From NCBI GenBank assembly GCA_038897215.1, contig JAWAWX010000001.1, positions 288,001 through 352,000 of the forward strand: a stretch of 64,000 nucleotides of DNA. Direction: 5' to 3'. Each line of letters starts with the position of its first letter. Position 1 is the first letter of the stretch. Shown here in pieces: positions 39,339-49,570 of this stretch. This stretch comes from Acidilobaceae archaeon (GTDB taxonomy: Archaea > Thermoproteota > Thermoprotei_A > Sulfolobales > Acidilobaceae). The position numbers and the translations under genes were made by a program. The notes under the pieces were generated by a model. That model saw only the letters and a list, made by a program, of their open reading frames with translations, did not search any database and was not told the DNA's origin.

Positions 39339-40090
39339 AGTCTCACAGCTATCCCGTTTTCTCTCATGTATTTCTTCACGTCTCTCACAGTGTAGACTCT
39401 GTAGTGGAATACCGAGGCTGCGAGAACAGCTGAAGCTCCTGCTCTCACAGCGTTCACGAAGTCTTTGAGACTACCTGCTCCCCCGCTAGCTATCACTGGA
39501 GAGTCTACAGCTCTGCTTACGCGAGCTATCAGCTCTAAGTCGTAGCCAGCTCTACGTCCATCAGCATCTATTGATGTCAGCAGGATCTCTCCAGCTCCCA
39601 GCTCGACTCCCCTGATAGCCCACTCTACGGGGTCGAGATTGGTCTCGACTTTGCCGCCGTGAGTGAAGACTCTATACCCTCTCTCCGTCATCTTAGCGTC
39701 TATAGCTAGCACTACTGAGCTCGAGCCTAGCTCTCGCGCTAGCTCTCTAATCAGGAGAGGGTTTTGGACTGCTGCAGTGCTGACTGAGACCTTGGACGCT
39801 CCGGCTTTAACTAGGCTTAGAGCGTCATCGAGTCTCCTGATGCCTCCTCCGGCTGTTACCGGTATCGAGACCTCCGCTGAGATCCTGGCAACGAGTTCTC
39901 TGAGAAAGCTCCTCCCCTCTGGAGTAGCTCCTATATCGAGCACCACGATCTCATCGGCACCCTCACTCTCATAGGTTTTAGCGTACTCCACCGGGTCTCC
40001 GATCGCTGCTATGTTCTCGAATCCAACGCCTTTCACTAAAACCCCTCTGTATGTGTCGAGACACGGGATTACTCTAACGTATCTCAACAC
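39335..40090 (-). CDS. hisF: Imidazole glycerol phosphate synthase, cyclase subunit
   Basis: [36 protein letters not shown]. Confidence 0.96.
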   Translation of the reverse strand: MLRYVRVIPCLDTYRGVLVKGVGFENIAAIGDPVEYAKTYESEGADEIVVLDIGATPEGRSFLRELVARISAEVSIPVTAGGGIRRLDDALSLVKAGASKVSVSTAAVQNPLLIRELARELGSSSVVLAIDAKMTERGYRVFTHGGKVETNLDPVEWAIRGVELGAGEILLTSIDADGRRAGYDLELIARVSRAVDSPVIASGGAGSLKDFVNAVRAGASAVLAASVFHYRVYTVRDVKKYMRENGIAVRL

Positions 40091-40802
40091 TCTCCACCTC
40101 GAGGAGCCCTCTTGGGTCTACGAGCTTCTCGTAGAAAGCTCTACCTAAGACAACGCCCCCGAAGCCTTCTCTAGCGAGCAACCTTATGTCGCTAAGAGAT
40201 CTAACGCCTCCAGCGTAGATAACACGCTCTCTATAGCTACGAGGGACCCAGGATAGCTCTTCTTCGCTGAGACCCGACATCGTGCCATCTCTGGTAGTGC
40301 TAGTCATTAGGAAGCGCTGAAACCCTATTCTAGAATAATGTTCTATCGCTTCTGCCACAGTGAGAGAGAGCTCTTCTCTCCAGCCGCTTATAACGACTCT
40401 GCCGTCTCTAGCGTCGACAGCCAGGACTACTCTAGAGCCTCCCATCTCTACGACCTCCTCTCCTCTGAGAACGCCCTTGTACACGCTTGACCCCACGACG
40501 GCTCTATCAGCTACCTCTAGAGCTTTCTCCAAGTCTCTCCTAGTCTTGACTCCTCCCGCTATCGTTACGAATGCCCCTAAGCTCTTGAGGTCTGCAGCGA
40601 GTTTGAGCACGTTCTCGCTCACACTCTTAGCCTCTATAGCGGCCTCTAGGTCTACCAGATGGATTCTTCTAAGCCCTGTGTCGAGGATCCTAGTTGCGAA
40701 GCCTAGAGGGTCGCGTGAGTACACTATGAGGTTCTCCACTCTGCCTCTCACCATTCTAACCACGCTCTCTCTGTAGATGTCTAGAGCTACGTGTATCTCC
40801 AC
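40074..40802 (-). CDS. hisA: ProFAR isomerase
   Basis: ALDI....VVRM..G, HLVDL, GGV, SGW, RDGTMSG, YAGGV. Confidence 0.92.
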   Translation of the reverse strand: MEIHVALDIYRESVVRMVRGRVENLIVYSRDPLGFATRILDTGLRRIHLVDLEAAIEAKSVSENVLKLAADLKSLGAFVTIAGGVKTRRDLEKALEVADRAVVGSSVYKGVLRGEEVVEMGGSRVVLAVDARDGRVVISGWREELSLTVAEAIEHYSRIGFQRFLMTSTTRDGTMSGLSEEELSWVPRSYRERVIYAGGVRSLSDIRLLAREGFGGVVLGRAFYEKLVDPRGLLEVESVEIR

Positions 40803-41383
40803 TACATCTCACCCTTGACGCTAGAAACGCTCTCACCGACTAGGCGGGAGGCTTCTCTGAGAGCTATCCCGAGTCCCTTGAAAGCTGCTTCAGCGACATG
40901 GTGAGGGTCTCTGCCGCTCAGCTTGACTACGTGTAGCGTGAATCTACCCCATAGCGCTAGAGTCTCCAAGAAGTGCTCTACTAGAGTTCCCTCGAGACCC
41001 TCTATTGTGTACCCTCTCAGCTCGAGCTTCACCACGCTATACGGTCTCTTAACGAGGTCTACGGCTACCAGGACTAGAGCGTCATCCATGGGGATGACCG
41101 CGTGCCCGAATCTCCTAATGCCAGCTCTGTCTGTCAGAGCTCTGTCTAGAGCTTCGCCTAGAGCTCTCCCAGTATCCTCCACCACGTGGTGAGCCATGTT
41201 TCCGGAGGCTCTAACTCTCAGCTCTAGACCCCCGTGGTGAGCCATAGTCTCGAGAAGATGGGTTAGGAAGACGCTGGGCGTCTCTACGCTGTAGCCTGCT
41301 CTATCTAGGTCTATCTCGACGACTATATCGACTTCTCTCGTCTTTCTCTCAATACGAGCTCTTCGCTGCCTCAACTCCATCAC
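40802..41383 (-). CDS. hisB: Imidazoleglycerol-phosphate dehydratase
   Basis: HHVVED, IRRFG..IPMDD, HH.AEA.FK. Confidence 0.95.
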   Translation of the reverse strand: MMELRQRRARIERKTREVDIVVEIDLDRAGYSVETPSVFLTHLLETMAHHGGLELRVRASGNMAHHVVEDTGRALGEALDRALTDRAGIRRFGHAVIPMDDALVLVAVDLVKRPYSVVKLELRGYTIEGLEGTLVEHFLETLALWGRFTLHVVKLSGRDPHHVAEAAFKGLGIALREASRLVGESVSSVKGEM

Positions 41384-42440
41384 GTATCACGCTCTCAACA
41401 TAGCCTAGTAGATTCTCGGGGGGCAGAGAGATCCTGATGTACGAGTCCCCCCTCCTAAACAGCCCCTCGTATGCTCTGATACACACTCCTCTCATAGAGG
41501 TCTCCTCGCTCAAGCGCTTAGCCGAGACTGCCGCTTTGGCTAGGATGAAGTTAGTCTGAGTGTCGTAGACTCTGAGCTCCGGGACCTCGCTTAAGCGAGC
41601 GACTAGAGCCCTCCTAATCCTTCGAGCTCTCTCCACACACTCCTCGAAGTACTTGGAGAGCGTGAGAGCAAGCAGTCCGGCTCGTAGAGCGATAGAGTTC
41701 ACCTGGTAGGGGAGTCTGAGAGTCTTCAGGAGTCCGGCTAGATGAGGCTCTGCTATGACGTAACCCAGCCTTAAGCCAGCTAGCCCAAACGTCTTAGAGA
41801 ACGACCCGACTACCGCTAGGTTCTCACTGCTGCCAGCAATGCTTCTCGAGTCGTCCGCGAACATGAGGTATGTTTCATCGACAACCACTAAGCCTCCCGC
41901 GTTCTCTACAGCGCTCCTCACGACTTCACTACCCAGCCTGTTGCCTGTAGGATTGTTGGGGTCACACAGTAGAACTACATCAGCTCTAGACGCTTTCTCA
42001 GCCAAGTCTTCTGCCTCGATTCTGAACGTCTCCTCCTCGATATCGACAAACTCTACCCTGAAGCCCTTCACTCTGCTTAGCGATACGTAGACGCTATAGC
42101 TAGGCTTTAGAGATACCGAGAGAGGGCTAGGATTCCGAGAGGCTAGTTTAACAGCGTCTAGCAGAAGGCTTATAGCCTCGTCGGCTCCACTAGTCACTAC
42201 GACCATATCCGGGTCTACCGAGCGCCTCTTAGCTAGAGCCTCCTCTAGCTCAGCCTCCAGCTCTGGAGCCGGGTAGAGTCTAGGGTCGGCTTCAGACACG
42301 GCTCTCGAGACTAGCTCCTCGATGAACTCCTTGGGTACTAGTAGATTCTCGTTCTTGTCTAGAGGGAGAGCGCATCGACCAGAAGGCTTCTCGTACTTCA
42401 GCTCGCTCAATCGAGAGCAAAGCTCTCTCCACAACTGCAC
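41349..42440 (-). CDS. hisC: Histidinol-phosphate aminotransferase
   Basis: LDKNEN, GADEAI, PNNPTG, DETY, SFSKTFGLAGLRLGY; located in the his operon. Confidence 0.92.
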   Translation of the reverse strand: MQLWRELCSRLSELKYEKPSGRCALPLDKNENLLVPKEFIEELVSRAVSEADPRLYPAPELEAELEEALAKRRSVDPDMVVVTSGADEAISLLLDAVKLASRNPSPLSVSLKPSYSVYVSLSRVKGFRVEFVDIEEETFRIEAEDLAEKASRADVVLLCDPNNPTGNRLGSEVVRSAVENAGGLVVVDETYLMFADDSRSIAGSSENLAVVGSFSKTFGLAGLRLGYVIAEPHLAGLLKTLRLPYQVNSIALRAGLLALTLSKYFEECVERARRIRRALVARLSEVPELRVYDTQTNFILAKAAVSAKRLSEETSMRGVCIRAYEGLFRRGDSYIRISLPPENLLGYVESVIRDGVEAAKSSY

Positions 42441-43724
42441 TCAGTACCCACCCTTTATCGATAGCAGATGGAGGGGGAAGCCTTCCTCCTCGGCTATCGG
42501 CTCTACTTCTCTAGCTATCTTCTCTAAATCGCTCCTCCCTCCTTTGAATTTAACTCTCCTCCTCACGACTAGGAAATCGAGGACAGAGAGTCCTCCTCTC
42601 CATCTAGCCCATCCCGATGTAGGGAGGATGTGGTTGACTCCTGAGTAGTAGTCGTTTATAGCTGTTGAGACACAGCCGTCTATGAGTACTCCATAGTTTT
42701 CAATCATGTCGACTATCTCGCCTGAATCGCTACAAATCTCGACGTGCTCGGGACTCATGTAGTTGATGAACTCCGCGACTAGAGAGAGGCTGTCTGCCAC
42801 CACGATCTTTGGGGTTGCGAGCTTACCGCGTGTGTAAGCGTAGAGCTTCTCGCTGATATCCTCGTAGACTCTCAAGAGATTAGCTGCCACTTCTCTGTCT
42901 CTGGTTACAGCCACTATAGTCGAGGATTCGCCGTGCTCTGCTTGAGCTGCTAGGTGGAGAGCTATCTCTCGCTCTAGTCCTCTTTTATCCACGTAGACTA
43001 CGAGCTCTGTGGGCCCAGCGAGCATGTCTATCCCGACGTCGCGCGATACCAGGATCTTGGCTGCCGTATAGTACGGCCCGCCGGGCCCCGCTATCTTGGA
43101 GACTCTCTCAACACTCTGAGTCCCGTACGCTAGAGCCGCTACTCCATAGGCTCCACCAGCTAGGTATAGCTTATCGAACCCGGTTATCGCTAGAGCTGCT
43201 AGAAGACTCTTGGATAGAGACCTGGGGGGCGTGAAAGCCACTACTCTCCTGACTCCAGCTATTCTAGCCGTAGCTCCGCACATGACCGCTGTCGATATGT
43301 ATGGCGCCATGGCTCCCGGCACGTAGCAGGCAACGCTATCGATTGGCTTGACCTCCTCTTCAACCACTATGCTCTCATCTACTCTAATAGTCCACGAGGC
43401 TCCAGCGATGCTCGATAGAGGCCGCTCTACGCTCCTCACTCTATCCGCTAGCTTCCTCAAAGAGTCTACGAGAGCCGGCTTCTCGGCTTCCACCTCGCTT
43501 AGAGCAATCTCTAGCTCGTTTTTCTCAACGCTAAGCTTATCTCTAGTGAGCTTCACTCCATCGAGTCTCTCAGCGTAATCTATGAGAGCATCATCGCCCC
43601 GCTTTCTGACATCCGCGACTATAGGCTTAACCGCCTCAATGTATCTATCGTAGTCTAGCTCTAGCCTGATGGCTCTCGCTAGCGTCTCCGCGCTTTCTCT
43701 AGAAGACACCTCGAAGACTCTCAT
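42441..43724 (-). CDS. hisD: Histidinol dehydrogenase
   Basis: YVPG, KIAGPG, DMLAGPTE, QAEH, PEH, DY.SG.NHILPT. Confidence 0.95.
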   Translation of the reverse strand: MRVFEVSSRESAETLARAIRLELDYDRYIEAVKPIVADVRKRGDDALIDYAERLDGVKLTRDKLSVEKNELEIALSEVEAEKPALVDSLRKLADRVRSVERPLSSIAGASWTIRVDESIVVEEEVKPIDSVACYVPGAMAPYISTAVMCGATARIAGVRRVVAFTPPRSLSKSLLAALAITGFDKLYLAGGAYGVAALAYGTQSVERVSKIAGPGGPYYTAAKILVSRDVGIDMLAGPTELVVYVDKRGLEREIALHLAAQAEHGESSTIVAVTRDREVAANLLRVYEDISEKLYAYTRGKLATPKIVVADSLSLVAEFINYMSPEHVEICSDSGEIVDMIENYGVLIDGCVSTAINDYYSGVNHILPTSGWARWRGGLSVLDFLVVRRRVKFKGGRSDLEKIAREVEPIAEEEGFPLHLLSIKGGY

Positions 43725-44701
43725 CCGACACCACCCTGAGCTAGCTCCTCTAGAGGGATGACGAGCTTAGGCTCGTAGACTACCAGGCCTTGAGCGAGAG
43801 ACCTGAGTGTAGGCATGAGCTTGATGAGGTCGCTCTTATCTATGACTGTGTTTACAGCGACCCAGTCGGGGTCTGCGAGAGGGCTCACAGTTGGGCTCTT
43901 GAGTGCCGGCAAGACTCTGAGTAGCTTCTCTAGATTCTCCTTCCTCACGTTCAGGAATATGTGGTACTTGGCTCTAGCATCAACAGCTCCTCTCATCACA
44001 GCCAGCAGGTCCAGTATCTTCTCTCTCTTCCTTTCACACCTCAAGCTCTCCTTGCTAGCAATTAGCACAGCCTGAGACTCCATCACTACATCTACTATCT
44101 TCAATCCGTTGCTCTCAAGAGTAGTCCCGGTTTCTGAGACGTCTATTATCGCGTCAGCCTCCTCCGGAGGCTTGGCTTCAGTTGCTCCAAAAGACAGCAC
44201 TATCTTAACCATCTCGTTATCACCCCATCTAGCCCACGGAGTGACAATGAGGGGTTTCGATGAGCCGTAGTGCCTCCTATAGCTCTCTCTGCTAGCTATG
44301 TATGTTGACGATATGACTAGGTACTCTGACGAGATTCTCAGAGCTCTCTGCTCTCTTGCAAACCTATCCACTAACTCTTCAGCACTCTCTATAGGCCACT
44401 CTTTCGGAATCGCTACCACGAGCTTGACTTTACCCACGTTTAGCTTCAACAGCTCTTCAACCTTATCCTGGAGCCCGTGCTCTATAACCCAGTCTAAGCC
44501 CGTGACCCCTATGTCGTAGAAGCCCTCGTAGACGTATAGCGGTATCTCTTGAGGTCTAAGTATCTTAACGCAGACCTCGGGGTCTCCTGCTAAGATAGGC
44601 TTGTAGCTTCTCTCGCGACCCACGAGCTGAAGTCCCGCTCTATCGAAGAACTCGAAGACAGACCTCTCGAGAGACCCCTTGGGTATAGCGAGCTTAACCA
44701 A
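43721..44701 (-). CDS. hisG: ATP phosphoribosyltransferase, long form
   Basis: AIPKGSL, RPQEIP, GVTGLD, GATEAKPP, D..ETGTTL..NGL, C-terminal regulatory domain (PTVSPL). Confidence 0.96.
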   Translation of the reverse strand: MVKLAIPKGSLERSVFEFFDRAGLQLVGRERSYKPILAGDPEVCVKILRPQEIPLYVYEGFYDIGVTGLDWVIEHGLQDKVEELLKLNVGKVKLVVAIPKEWPIESAEELVDRFAREQRALRISSEYLVISSTYIASRESYRRHYGSSKPLIVTPWARWGDNEMVKIVLSFGATEAKPPEEADAIIDVSETGTTLESNGLKIVDVVMESQAVLIASKESLRCERKREKILDLLAVMRGAVDARAKYHIFLNVRKENLEKLLRVLPALKSPTVSPLADPDWVAVNTVIDKSDLIKLMPTLRSLAQGLVVYEPKLVIPLEELAQGGVG

Positions 44702-44857
44702 GCATGCAATAAGCCCTCGCCCCCAAGACTTCTCTCGCTTGGACCTCGTCTAGTCGAGAGTCTACTCCTAGAGGAGAGGAGCGTGTCTCGAGCCCGTCTG
44801 GAGAGCTATTAGTGAATACACATCATCTCAGCCGAACCCGCTATAAACCCTCTACAG

Positions 44858-44872
44858 TTTAAATTCTTTTCG
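44858..44872 (-). promoter_or_regulatory. BRE-TATA promoter of the his operon
   Basis: Minus strand reads CGAAAAGAATTTAAA, ~160 nt upstream of hisG, implying a long leader. Confidence 0.55.
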
Positions 44873-44937
44873 CTCTTGACCTGTAGCCCGCCTCTAGCTA
44901 CTCGAGACCCACCATTACTCCCTACTGCGAGCTCGAG

Positions 44938-45606
44938 CTAGCGCTCTAGATGCTGCTGTAGTGATAGGGTTTCCTCGATGTTTCTCCATATCTTCAAAAA
45001 GTCGTCGTATCTAAGCTGGCCTGGAGCCGTGGGCTCCTCGATATAAGTGTAGACTAGCATAGAGCCGAGTAGAGCGAATGCTAGTCTCTCACGGGGGTCT
45101 GAGCTTAGAGGCATGACTGCCACGTTGTCGTACCCTAGGTCTAGAGCGCTCGAGAGTAGCCTTCTGTAGCCTGGAGCTGGCTGGATAGCTATCTTGACGC
45201 AGAACGCTCTATCAGCGTACCTCTCTATGAGCGATTGTAGCTCGCTCTCTGTAGGGAGTCTTCTCAAGTAGTGTGCTGACACTATCTTCCCCTCGTAGGG
45301 CACGCTATTAGATTCTATGAATGACGCTTCTACATCGTAGAGTACTCCTAGCTCGTGGAGTCTCAGCAGGTAACGCGCTTTAGCTCTAGACTCTACGGGC
45401 TTGACTCCCCCCTCGGACTGCTCTCTTATCGTGACTATGACTGAGCGGTCTAGAGTAGCTACGCGCTCGACCGGTATCTCAGCCAAGCTCTCAGCGTAGT
45501 CTAGCCTTAGCTCGACTAGGTCCGGCCCCACCACTCTCCTAGCTTTCTCTATATCGCTTAGAGACCTGACGGGTAGAGATGCGACTATGAGGGGTCTTCT
45601 ATTCAA
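44938..45606 (-). CDS. aroD: Type I 3-dehydroquinate dehydratase
   Basis: DLVELRLD, TIRE..EGG, VSAH, VKIA, PTAPGQ. Confidence 0.92.
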   Translation of the reverse strand: MNRRPLIVASLPVRSLSDIEKARRVVGPDLVELRLDYAESLAEIPVERVATLDRSVIVTIREQSEGGVKPVESRAKARYLLRLHELGVLYDVEASFIESNSVPYEGKIVSAHYLRRLPTESELQSLIERYADRAFCVKIAIQPAPGYRRLLSSALDLGYDNVAVMPLSSDPRERLAFALLGSMLVYTYIEEPTAPGQLRYDDFLKIWRNIEETLSLQQHLER

Positions 45607-46852
45607 GCCTTATTCTGCCCCCGACGCTAGCTAAGTCGCTCCAGAATCTAGGGTTGCTCTTGTTAACGCTATCAGCCTCCTCCACGACCCCTCCTACTCG
45701 AAGAGCTAGAGCTGCTGCCATCATAGCCACTCTATGGTCTTTGAAGCTCTGCACGCTAACCTGTTGCTTTAGCTTCTCCGCGCTCCCGCAAATCCTCAAG
45801 GCTCCCCCAGTGTACTCTACATCGACTCCGAACGACCGAAGCACGTGGGCTACAGCTCTTACTCTATCGCTCTCCTTGATTGCTAGTCTCGAGACGCCTG
45901 AGAGCTCACTGCACCCCCGCGCTAGAGCCGCTAGAGGAGCCACGGAGAGAGGCAGGTCTGGAGCGTCTTCGAAGTCTTCTGCTACAGCCTCATACTCGCT
46001 TCTAGACTCTACTCTCCAGCTTCCACTACTGTACTCGCTCACAGCCCCCATTCTCTCATATATCTTCACGATGGAGTGGTCTCCGAAATAGCTTCTAGGC
46101 TCTGGGAGGTCTAGAATAGTCAGACTCCCTCCTGTCGTGAGCGCTGACACTGCGTAGAACGATGCGAGAGCGTAGTCTCCCCAGACTCTCTCCTTCACTA
46201 TTCTCGGAGAGAAAGTCCTAGCTACCTCGACCTTTGTCTCACTGATTCTAGTCGAGCACCCGAAGAGGCTCAGCACCTCGCTCGTCATGTAGACGTAGCT
46301 TTTCGAGACGAGAGGAGGCACTACGGAGATCTCTCCGTTCCCCAGCATGCAGAAAGCTATCATGAACCCCGTTATGTACTGGCTGCTCTCAGAGCCCCTA
46401 ATCTCTACTCTGCTATCCGCTAGCCTGCCTTCTACTCGCAGAGGGAGCCTCGAGTTGCTGAAGCGCACGCCAGTATCCGCTAGAGCCTCTCGAAGAGCGT
46501 CGAGAGGCCTCCTTCTGAGAGTCTCATCGCCGTCGACTTCAAAGCTTACACCTAGAGTTGCTGCTATCGCTAGAGCGATTCTCAGAGTAGTCGCTGAGCC
46601 CCCCACGTGTACTCTGACTTCTCTCGGTATGCTTTGAGGTGGAGTAACTCTAGCTCTATCGCCGACAAGCTCAACTCTCGCTCCAAAAGCCTCAACTACT
46701 CTCAAAGCTGCCTCCACGTCGCCCGACAGCTGGATACCCTCGATCTCCGTGGGAGCTATGAGGGACGCCATAATCAGCCTTATGGCGTGACTCTTAGACC
46801 TAGGAGCTGTGAGAACACCGCGGACCACCGAGGGCTCTATGAATGCTCTCAA
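45599..46852 (-). CDS. aroA: EPSP synthase
   Basis: SKSH..R, SATTLR, RRP, SSQY, KESDR, DHRVAM, KSNP.F. Confidence 0.95.
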   Translation of the reverse strand: MRAFIEPSVVRGVLTAPRSKSHAIRLIMASLIAPTEIEGIQLSGDVEAALRVVEAFGARVELVGDRARVTPPQSIPREVRVHVGGSATTLRIALAIAATLGVSFEVDGDETLRRRPLDALREALADTGVRFSNSRLPLRVEGRLADSRVEIRGSESSQYITGFMIAFCMLGNGEISVVPPLVSKSYVYMTSEVLSLFGCSTRISETKVEVARTFSPRIVKERVWGDYALASFYAVSALTTGGSLTILDLPEPRSYFGDHSIVKIYERMGAVSEYSSGSWRVESRSEYEAVAEDFEDAPDLPLSVAPLAALARGCSELSGVSRLAIKESDRVRAVAHVLRSFGVDVEYTGGALRICGSAEKLKQQVSVQSFKDHRVAMMAAALALRVGGVVEEADSVNKSNPRFWSDLASVGGRIRLE

Positions 46853-47643
46853 AGTCTCTGCCTCACGACTTCAGCCGGGCGGGTTACGATTACTTCGCCC
46901 TCTCCTTTGGCTATAAACAAATCGAGTAGGGGGCCCTCGTCTCCCTCTCTTGTGATAGCGAAGAGCGAGGGGCCGTTCCCACTCACTCCTGCTGCTAGCG
47001 CTCCTAGAGAGAGAGCTCTCCTAACAGTCTCTATATCGTAGCCCAACGTCTTCGCTATCATCATCCCATTGAGAGTCATGGCTTTAAGTAAGTCGCCTCT
47101 CAAAGCTATAGAGAACACTTCTCCGAAGAACTCTGAGTGCCTTCTGAGAGCGTCGATGTCGAGTGCTCTCCTCCCCCCTATAGCGTTTATGACGACAACT
47201 AGGTCTAGTGGGGGGTCTCGTAGAGCTATTATCTCACGCTTGAGGTTATTTGTGAACGATACTCCTCCATGGTAAGCTGCGACCGCGTCGTCGAAGGCTC
47301 CGGTTACAGAGACTCCAGCTATGAGAGACGTTTCTGCTGAAAGAGCTGGCGGGTAGACTCCCCCTATGCCGAATTTCTCGGCAATAGCCTCTATTAGAGC
47401 CACGGATACAGCGCTACTGCTCTTAAGACCGCCTCCTGGAGGGATAGGGGAGTGTACTCGGATAGCTAGCTCCGGCACTCCGTAGCTCTTCCTGAAGTAA
47501 TCGAGGATAGCTCTCGTTAGCTGAGTGTGTTCCCCGCTCTCTCCCGGTAGGACCTCTACTCTAACCTTGAGGTCTACTGCCATCGTCGAGCCTAAGCCTG
47601 AGGGTATAGCGTTAACTACCGAGATGCCGGCATAGGCCCACAC
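46849..47643 (-). CDS. aroK: Archaeal (GHMP-family) shikimate kinase
   Basis: [28 protein letters not shown]. Confidence 0.93.
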   Translation of the reverse strand: MWAYAGISVVNAIPSGLGSTMAVDLKVRVEVLPGESGEHTQLTRAILDYFRKSYGVPELAIRVHSPIPPGGGLKSSSAVSVALIEAIAEKFGIGGVYPPALSAETSLIAGVSVTGAFDDAVAAYHGGVSFTNNLKREIIALRDPPLDLVVVINAIGGRRALDIDALRRHSEFFGEVFSIALRGDLLKAMTLNGMMIAKTLGYDIETVRRALSLGALAAGVSGNGPSLFAITREGDEGPLLDLFIAKGEGEVIVTRPAEVVRQRL

Positions 47644-48788
47644 GCTTCTCTATACCTCCTCCAGTTCTCCTCGACGACCTCCGCTTCTCTCTCGTTGAGC
47701 CTAACGGGGTTTATGACTCCCGCTCTTAGAGCATGGTCTGCGAGAGTTATCGCTACCATAGCCTCTACTACCGCTACCCCTCTCACCGCTATGGCTGGGT
47801 CGTGCCTCCCCTCTACGACTAACTCTGTCTCCTTCATGGTCCTCAAGTCTATAGTCTTCTGCTTTATCCCGATAGAACTCGTAGGCTTGAAAGCACATCT
47901 TAGAACTATATCCTCGCCTGTCGTGAGCCCCCCTAGAATGCCTCCACTGACGTTGCGCCTCCATCTAGGTCTGCCTTCCTCCACGATGATCTCGTCTGCT
48001 GCCTCGCTACCCCACATTCTCGCTAGCTTGAAGCCGAGCCCGTACTCGAACCCCACTACTCCGGGTATTGATAACACTGCTTTAGCGAGGTCTGCCTTCA
48101 CCTTATCGAAGACCGGTTCTCCGAGACCTCTTGGAGGGTTTCTAGCTATGACTTCAACGACTCCACCTAGGCTATCGCGTCTCCTCAAGGCGTCCTCGAT
48201 TAGCTTCAAGAAAGCCTCCTCAACACTCTTCCTGCAGGCTCTGAGAGGGCTTAGTCTAGAGCATAGAATCTCCTCGAATGGAGCCTCGAAGTCGATCTCG
48301 TAAGGGCCTAGAGCTCGCAGATGACCGGCTACGATTGTAGAGGTTAGCATTAGCAGCTTCTTGGCTATCGCTCCCGCGGCTACTCGAGCAACAGTCTCTC
48401 TAGCGCTCGCTCTCCCCCCTCCTCTATAGTCCCAGTTTTCGAGCCCATACTTCATGATGTAGGGGAGGTCGGCGTGCCCTGGTCTAGGCTTGAATCTTAT
48501 CTCCTCGTAGGCGCTCGAGTCAACATCCTTATTGTAAACCAGTATCGTTACCGGAGACCCGGTAGTCCTGCCGTTGAAGACTCCGGAGACTATGTGGGGC
48601 TCGTCCTCCTCCCTACGGGGAGACGTGTAGGGGCCTCCTGGCTTCCTGAAGGAGAGCTCGAAGGCCACATCGCTCTCATCGAGAGGCAGGCCTGCAGGTA
48701 CTCCGTCGACTACCACGCCTACAGCTTTCCCGTGGCTCTCCCCGAATGTGGTTACTCTAAGCACTCTCCCGAAAGTATTTCCAGGCAT
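47616..48788 (-). CDS. aroC: Chorismate synthase
   Basis: [33 protein letters not shown]. Confidence 0.97.
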   Translation of the reverse strand: MPGNTFGRVLRVTTFGESHGKAVGVVVDGVPAGLPLDESDVAFELSFRKPGGPYTSPRREEDEPHIVSGVFNGRTTGSPVTILVYNKDVDSSAYEEIRFKPRPGHADLPYIMKYGLENWDYRGGGRASARETVARVAAGAIAKKLLMLTSTIVAGHLRALGPYEIDFEAPFEEILCSRLSPLRACRKSVEEAFLKLIEDALRRRDSLGGVVEVIARNPPRGLGEPVFDKVKADLAKAVLSIPGVVGFEYGLGFKLARMWGSEAADEIIVEEGRPRWRRNVSGGILGGLTTGEDIVLRCAFKPTSSIGIKQKTIDLRTMKETELVVEGRHDPAIAVRGVAVVEAMVAITLADHALRAGVINPVRLNEREAEVVEENWRRYREACGPMPASR

Positions 48789-49570
48789 AGATAGTCTCTC
48801 ACCTCTTCCTCGAGATACCCGAGGTCTCTACTCTGCCATATGCTCTGCGCTAAGAGAGCCTGCCTGATCAGGACGTGGAGACCGGTGACTACTCTAGCTC
48901 CTCGCTCTAAAGCACGCGCAATCAGCTTAGTTACAACAGGCCTGTACACTAGGTCTAGTGCGAGCTCTCTCGCTTCACACCCCTGCCTTAAGACCCACTC
49001 GGGGTCTGGAGTAGCGTTCACGAGGACATCGTATACTCGTTCACATCTATCCTCGACAGTAGCGTTGAGAGCGAGAGTGTTGAGTCTAGCCACGAGCTCC
49101 TCTGCTCTCGCTCTCGTCCTATTGAGTACTCTGACTGTGCAGCCTAGCTCTGCTAGAGCGAGAGCCGACGCTTTAGCCGCTCCCCCAGCTCCGGCTACTA
49201 GACACTCTCCTCCAGCTAGTCGGCCGACTGCTTCCCACACGAGCTGCTTTACAGCCATGTAGTCTGTGTTGTAGCCTACGCCTCTATGCACAGTGTTCAC
49301 TGCTCCGACCTTCTCCGCTGATACATCGAGACCTCTGAGATACAGCACGACTTGCTCTTTATAGGGGGTTGTGACGTTGAAGCCTTCTGCTAGAGCCAGT
49401 AGCCCCTCTATCGCTTGCTGAAACCTATCTCTCGGCACGTCGAAGACTAGGTATACAGCGTTGAAGCCCGTCTTGCTGAACACGAGGTTGTGAATAGCTG
49501 GAGATAGAGTGTAGCTTATCCTATCGCCGAGAATGCCGAAAAGCTTGGTTTGAGCGTCTATCTTAAGCAT
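48752..49570 (-). CDS. aroE: Shikimate dehydrogenase
   Basis: LSPAIHN, NVTTPYK, GAVNT, NTD, GAGGAA, NRT, NATP. Confidence 0.95.
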   Translation of the reverse strand: MLKIDAQTKLFGILGDRISYTLSPAIHNLVFSKTGFNAVYLVFDVPRDRFQQAIEGLLALAEGFNVTTPYKEQVVLYLRGLDVSAEKVGAVNTVHRGVGYNTDYMAVKQLVWEAVGRLAGGECLVAGAGGAAKASALALAELGCTVRVLNRTRARAEELVARLNTLALNATVEDRCERVYDVLVNATPDPEWVLRQGCEARELALDLVYRPVVTKLIARALERGARVVTGLHVLIRQALLAQSIWQSRDLGYLEEEVRDYLCLEILSGECLE

